Assembly (NCBI GenBank): GCA_902510995.1 | Contig: CABXDL010000006.1 | Coordinates: 1-55,940, forward strand | Reading direction: 5' to 3' | Length of the DNA stretch: 55,940 nucleotides | Origin: an uncultured Candidatus Actinomarina sp. | GTDB lineage: Bacteria; Actinomycetota; Acidimicrobiia; Actinomarinales; Actinomarinaceae | Notes under the pieces: model-generated | Databases searched by the model: none | What the model was told of the DNA's origin: nothing | What the model saw: the letters and a program-made list of their open reading frames with translations, nothing else | Translations under genes and position numbers: made by a program | In this document: one piece after another, positions 51,862 through 55,940 of the stretch | Layout: each line of letters starts with the position of its first letter | Position numbering within the stretch: position 1 is the first letter of the stretch

Positions 51862-52767
51862 TTATTTTTTAATTATTTTAGATAAAAATGGGATAGTAAC
51901 GAAAATTGAACTATATGTTCCAGATAATATACCGATAAATAAAGGTAAAGCAAAATCAGTTAAGGCTCCAGATAAACCAAGATAATTACCAATAAATAAA
52001 ATAGAAGCTATTGGAATAACAGAAGTAATAGATGTATTAATACTCCTCATTAATACAGCATTGAAAGTATTATTTAAAGTTTCAATATTGATATTATTTT
52101 GCTTATTAATTTTCTTAGAATCGTTAAGTTTATCAAAAAGGATAACAGTGTCGTATAGAGAATAACCTAATATTGTTAGCAGGGCGATTACAGTAGAAGG
52201 AGTTATCTCTAAATTTAGTAATAAATATACACTTAAACAAAGTAAGAGATCGTGTATAAGTGCAATTAAAGCAATTAGTGAAAATTTAAATTCATATCTA
52301 TAGCTAATTAAAATTACTATAAAACTTAAGAATATAATTAAAGCTCTCAAACCTTTTTCCGTAATTTCATCTCCAAATGTGGGTCCAACTCTTTGAAACT
52401 CAATATTTGAATCAGAAATATTAAATTTAGTTGATAAGTAAGATAAAAACTCTGCCTCTTTATCGGATGTAGATTCAGTTGCTCTAAAAATTATAGAGCT
52501 TGAGTTATCAAAAGTTTGATACCTTGAAACTTCTAATATTTTACTATTCATTACATCATTTATATCATCTGTTGAGTATTCAGTTTCAAGTTGATATGTA
52601 GTACCTCCTGTAAAATCAACAGAAAGATTCAATTCGAGTATATTTGTAAAAGTTAAAACTAATACAGTTGAAAATAATACTAATTCAACAATGAACATTT
52701 TATAAAAAATGTTACTGATTTTATAAAAATCTATTTTGGTATCACCTAGAAATAGTTTTTTAAACAT
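51862..52767 (-). CDS. secF: Protein translocase subunit SecF
   Basis: DFTGG; VGPT.G; HD; GYSL.DT...FD; RSINTS; GTYSSIF. Confidence 0.96.
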   Translation of the reverse strand: MFKKLFLGDTKIDFYKISNIFYKMFIVELVLFSTVLVLTFTNILELNLSVDFTGGTTYQLETEYSTDDINDVMNSKILEVSRYQTFDNSSSIIFRATESTSDKEAEFLSYLSTKFNISDSNIEFQRVGPTFGDEITEKGLRALIIFLSFIVILISYRYEFKFSLIALIALIHDLLLCLSVYLLLNLEITPSTVIALLTILGYSLYDTVILFDKLNDSKKINKQNNINIETLNNTFNAVLMRSINTSITSVIPIASILFIGNYLGLSGALTDFALPLFIGILSGTYSSIFVTIPFLSKIIKK

Positions 52768-54205
52768 CTTGTAAATCCTTATTTGTTATTGGAAAACACA
52801 TTCTTGGGCTCTTAGTAAAATTAGAAATAAGAGGTACAGAGTTTCTTGTATAAATTCTTGTAAATAGTAAATCAAATGTAGTTGCTAAACCTAGTGCTAA
52901 CGCAAAACCTCTAATTGGTCCAATAGCAAGAATGTATAATAGAAAAGCTGCTGATATAGAAACAAAATCTGCAATCAAAATAGTTTTCCATGCATCTTGA
53001 ACTGCTTTGTTAGCTGCAAATTCAAACGATCTACCTATTTTAAGTTCATCTTTAAACTTTTCAAATGTAACAATATATGAATCTGCTGCTAAACCAATCG
53101 AGACTATAGCTCCAGCTATACCAGCAAGAGTCAATGTATAGCCTTGGAATTTACCAAGTAAAGAAATAACAGAATAAAATAAAAAACCGAATGAAGAAAG
53201 GCCAAAAATAGCAATTAATCCAAGAAGTCTATAATAAAGAAGTAACAAAGTTGATACTATAATTAATCCAAATACACCAGCTTGAAGACCTAAATTTAAT
53301 GTATTTTCCCCTAAGGTAGCAGATACCTTTTGTATTGAGGATCTTTCAAATGCAACAGGTAAGGCACCATATCTTAATATGACTGCTAAATTATTTGCAG
53401 ACTCTCCTGCATCAGCATTACCCATAGATATAGCTGCTGTTCCACCTGTTATGCCAACATTAGGATCTACGTCAAAAGCTATACCGGGTGCTGAGACAAC
53501 CTCTCCATCAAGAACAATAGCAATTTTTCTTTGGTCGCCAGATTTAGAAGCTAGTTCTTTAGTAAGATTAGTAAATTTACTTTCTGATTCAGAATTTAAT
53601 TCCAAAGACACTATCCATTCATTATCTGGATAAACAGCAATTGCATCTGAAATATCATTACCTGTCAAAGCAGCTGGTCCAAGTTCATAGATAACTGGAA
53701 ATCCACTATTAACGCCTAATAGATAAGAAATTGTTGAAGGGTTATCATCAAGGCTTATCCCAACTAAATCATCTACACCTGCAGGTACAGTTTTAATCGG
53801 ATTATCAGGATCGTCTGGGTTAGGACTATATTCAAATGCTGGTGAGTAACCAGTATTTAATGAAGAATCTAATACTGGTCTAAATGTTAATAAACCAGTA
53901 GTACCGAGTGCTTCAATTGCTTTGTTTTGATCAGTAACTCCTGGTAACTGTACTAATACTGACCTATCACCACTTATTGAAATTTCAGGTTCTTGTACAT
54001 CTCCAAAAGCCTCTATACGTGTTCTCATAATCTCTACAGCTTTTATTAGGAGCTCTTCTTCTGTATCTTCAGGAGCAGTTAGTATTACTGATATTCCTCC
54101 TTGTAGGTCTAGACCTAATTTTGGTTTTATATCCAAAGCTACTGTGTAGTAAAACAAACCAAAAGCAATCAATGGTAAAAGAAGTATTTTAATTATATTT
54201 TTCAT
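52760..54205 (-). CDS. secD: Protein translocase subunit SecD
   Basis: LGLDLQGG; AIVLD; L.YGALP; LTLAGIAG; G...GFA. Confidence 0.97.
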   Translation of the reverse strand: MKNIIKILLLPLIAFGLFYYTVALDIKPKLGLDLQGGISVILTAPEDTEEELLIKAVEIMRTRIEAFGDVQEPEISISGDRSVLVQLPGVTDQNKAIEALGTTGLLTFRPVLDSSLNTGYSPAFEYSPNPDDPDNPIKTVPAGVDDLVGISLDDNPSTISYLLGVNSGFPVIYELGPAALTGNDISDAIAVYPDNEWIVSLELNSESESKFTNLTKELASKSGDQRKIAIVLDGEVVSAPGIAFDVDPNVGITGGTAAISMGNADAGESANNLAVILRYGALPVAFERSSIQKVSATLGENTLNLGLQAGVFGLIIVSTLLLLYYRLLGLIAIFGLSSFGFLFYSVISLLGKFQGYTLTLAGIAGAIVSIGLAADSYIVTFEKFKDELKIGRSFEFAANKAVQDAWKTILIADFVSISAAFLLYILAIGPIRGFALALGLATTFDLLFTRIYTRNSVPLISNFTKSPRMCFPITNKDLQDV

Positions 54206-54453
54206 GGTTTTTCTTGAATGTAGCTTTTATTAATTATGATTTCACCTTTTTTTAAAACTAGTGTTATCTGTTCTTTATTTATTGTTGTTACTCTTCCATG
54301 GATTCCAGATTCAGTTACAACATTGTCACCTATTTGTATGTTGTTTATAAATTCTCGATGTTTTTTGTTTCGTCTTCTCTGAGGAATATATAATAATGCA
54401 TAAAAAAATATGAAAATCGTAATTAAAGGCAGCAATGTTATTAAATCATTCAT
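54202..54453 (-). CDS. yajC: Preprotein translocase subunit YajC
   Basis: TM then PQ.RR; GD.V.T.SGI.G. Confidence 0.92.
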   Translation of the reverse strand: MNDLITLLPLITIFIFFYALLYIPQRRRNKKHREFINNIQIGDNVVTESGIHGRVTTINKEQITLVLKKGEIIINKSYIQEKP

Positions 54454-55531
54454 CTTGATATCTCTTTTTAAATTGATTAAAACTTGATTCTAATATACTT
54501 CTCCTAGCTTCATCAAGGATAATCTCAGTTTGAATTAAGTTGTGTACTGTTAAATAAAGCCATGAAGATGTATTTTCATTATGTATTAAATGTCTTAAAT
54601 AAGCTTTTGAAAAATTCTTGCATGTAAAGCAAGGGCAGTCTTTACTAATTGGATTAGGATCATTTTCATATCTTTTATTTTTAATGTTTATATAATCATT
54701 TCCATCAACTAACTTTCCATGCCTAGCTAGTCTTGCGGGCCAAACACAGTCAAATATATCTATACCTTCTTCTATTAAATCCACAATTCCATGAAGGTCA
54801 CCCAAACCCATTACATATCTAGGTTTATTTTCAGGCAACAACTTAGTAGTAAAGTTAACAATATCTTTTCTTTCAGACCTTGTCTCCCCTATTGCCAGTC
54901 CACCTATTGCATAACCGTCATAATTTTGTTCAATCATATATTTTGCTGATAACTCTCTTAAGTCTTTATGTAAACCACCTTGCAATATACCAAACAAAGA
55001 TTGTTTCCTATTAGCATGTTTTTCTTTTGATTTTAACCCCCAGGCTCTTGTAAGATTAATTGCAGCTAATTGTTTTTCTTCAGGATCGTTTATATCGATC
55101 AGACAGTCAAATATCATTGCTATATCGCTTCCAAGTTTATTTTGAGTTTCTATAGACATCTCTGGAGTCATCTCAAATGAAGAACCATCATATACATTTT
55201 TAAAAATAACTCCATCATCGTTTATTTTTGTAGGTATCGACCAAGCTTGAAAACCACCAGAGTCTGTAAGAATAACTTTGTCCCAATTCATAAATTTATG
55301 AATTCCACCCAATTCTTTAATTATGTCTGAACCAGGTCTTAAATGTAAATGATATGTATTTGCTAACAAAACATCTGTATTATTAAGAAACATGTGAGGT
55401 GTTGACTTTATTGCACCTCTTGTTGCAACCGGCATAAAACTAGGTGTTTTAATTATCTTATTATTTAGAATAATCTCAGTTGCCCTAGCGTTTCCATCTT
55501 TTTTAATTATATTTAAATTTAAGTTACTCAT
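54446..55531 (-). CDS. tgt: tRNA-guanine transglycosylase
   Basis: TP.FMPVAT; NTYHL.LRPG; TDSGGFQ; QGG; GGLAIGE; CPCFTC zinc site. Confidence 0.97.
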   Translation of the reverse strand: MSNLNLNIIKKDGNARATEIILNNKIIKTPSFMPVATRGAIKSTPHMFLNNTDVLLANTYHLHLRPGSDIIKELGGIHKFMNWDKVILTDSGGFQAWSIPTKINDDGVIFKNVYDGSSFEMTPEMSIETQNKLGSDIAMIFDCLIDINDPEEKQLAAINLTRAWGLKSKEKHANRKQSLFGILQGGLHKDLRELSAKYMIEQNYDGYAIGGLAIGETRSERKDIVNFTTKLLPENKPRYVMGLGDLHGIVDLIEEGIDIFDCVWPARLARHGKLVDGNDYINIKNKRYENDPNPISKDCPCFTCKNFSKAYLRHLIHNENTSSWLYLTVHNLIQTEIILDEARRSILESSFNQFKKRYQDE

Positions 55532-55940
55532 TCTATTTCAAATAATACAGCATCGCCAAAGCTTAAGAATTTAAGTTTAGATCTCTGAGCATATTTATAT
55601 AATTCATTCCATTTTTCTCCATATATTGTTAATACAATAGACAAAAGAGTGCTTCTAGGTGCATGAAAATTAGTTATTAATAAATCTACTATTTTAAATT
55701 TATAACCTGGTTTTATAAATAAACTTGTTTGTCCTTTGTAAACATTAGTGTTAGCAACTGTTTCTAATGTTCTCAATACAGTTGTACCTACTGATATGAT
55801 CTTATAACCTTTATTTTTAAGTTTTAATAATTCTGAAAAATCTTTTTTTGATACTGAGTAATTTTCTTCATGAATTTTATAATTTTCTAAATATTCTGTA
55901 TCTATTGGTTTAAAAGTCCCTAAACCAATATCTAAATTTA
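55528..55940 (-). CDS. queA: S-adenosylmethionine:tRNA ribosyltransferase-isomerase, 3' part (truncated by window edge)
   Basis: Frame stays open to window end: IGLGTFKP..VGTTVLRTLE..T.LFI.PG..TNFH.PRSTLL..F.SFGDA. Confidence 0.95.
   Translation of the reverse strand, partial: NLDIGLGTFKPIDTEYLENYKIHEENYSVSKKDFSELLKLKNKGYKIISVGTTVLRTLETVANTNVYKGQTSLFIKPGYKFKIVDLLITNFHAPRSTLLSIVLTIYGEKWNELYKYAQRSKLKFLSFGDAVLFEIE

Overview
AT-rich, very gene-dense chromosomal window from a streamlined actinobacterium. Evidence is the garA-merR-DUF151-merR cluster, the mihF-gmk-rpoZ-coaBC order and the actinobacterial 23S domain III insertion. A Ca. Actinomarina-like marine lineage is my inference, not a database result. 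The left ~14.6 kb is mostly on + (scpA end, scpB, rluB, cmk, ispH on -, der, a peptide ABC transporter, the pgsA-garA cluster). The rest is mostly on - (add, hydrolases, denV, one 16S-23S-5S operon without spacer tRNAs, tyrS, pheST, infC-rpmI-rplT, rib genes, fmt/def, priA-like, coaBC, efp, alaS, aspS, hisS, rel, secDF-yajC, tgt, queA). The most striking structure is a ~1.1 kb integrase-less mini-island inserted into the 5S rRNA gene. It is bounded by an exact 71-bp duplication of the 5S 3' portion (20371-20441 = 21542-21612), and each copy has its own diverged terminator. Inside is a cassette-like array, repeat-lipoprotein-repeat-lipoprotein-repeat, built on tandem 11-bp units (AATAGTCGCAY x2). 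Other oddities are a HisRS with no anticodon-binding domain, a DD-carboxypeptidase that apparently starts at AUU, a heavily eroded PriA, back-to-back leaderless promoters, a 30-aa membrane sORF and a weak dif-like site near the strand switch.
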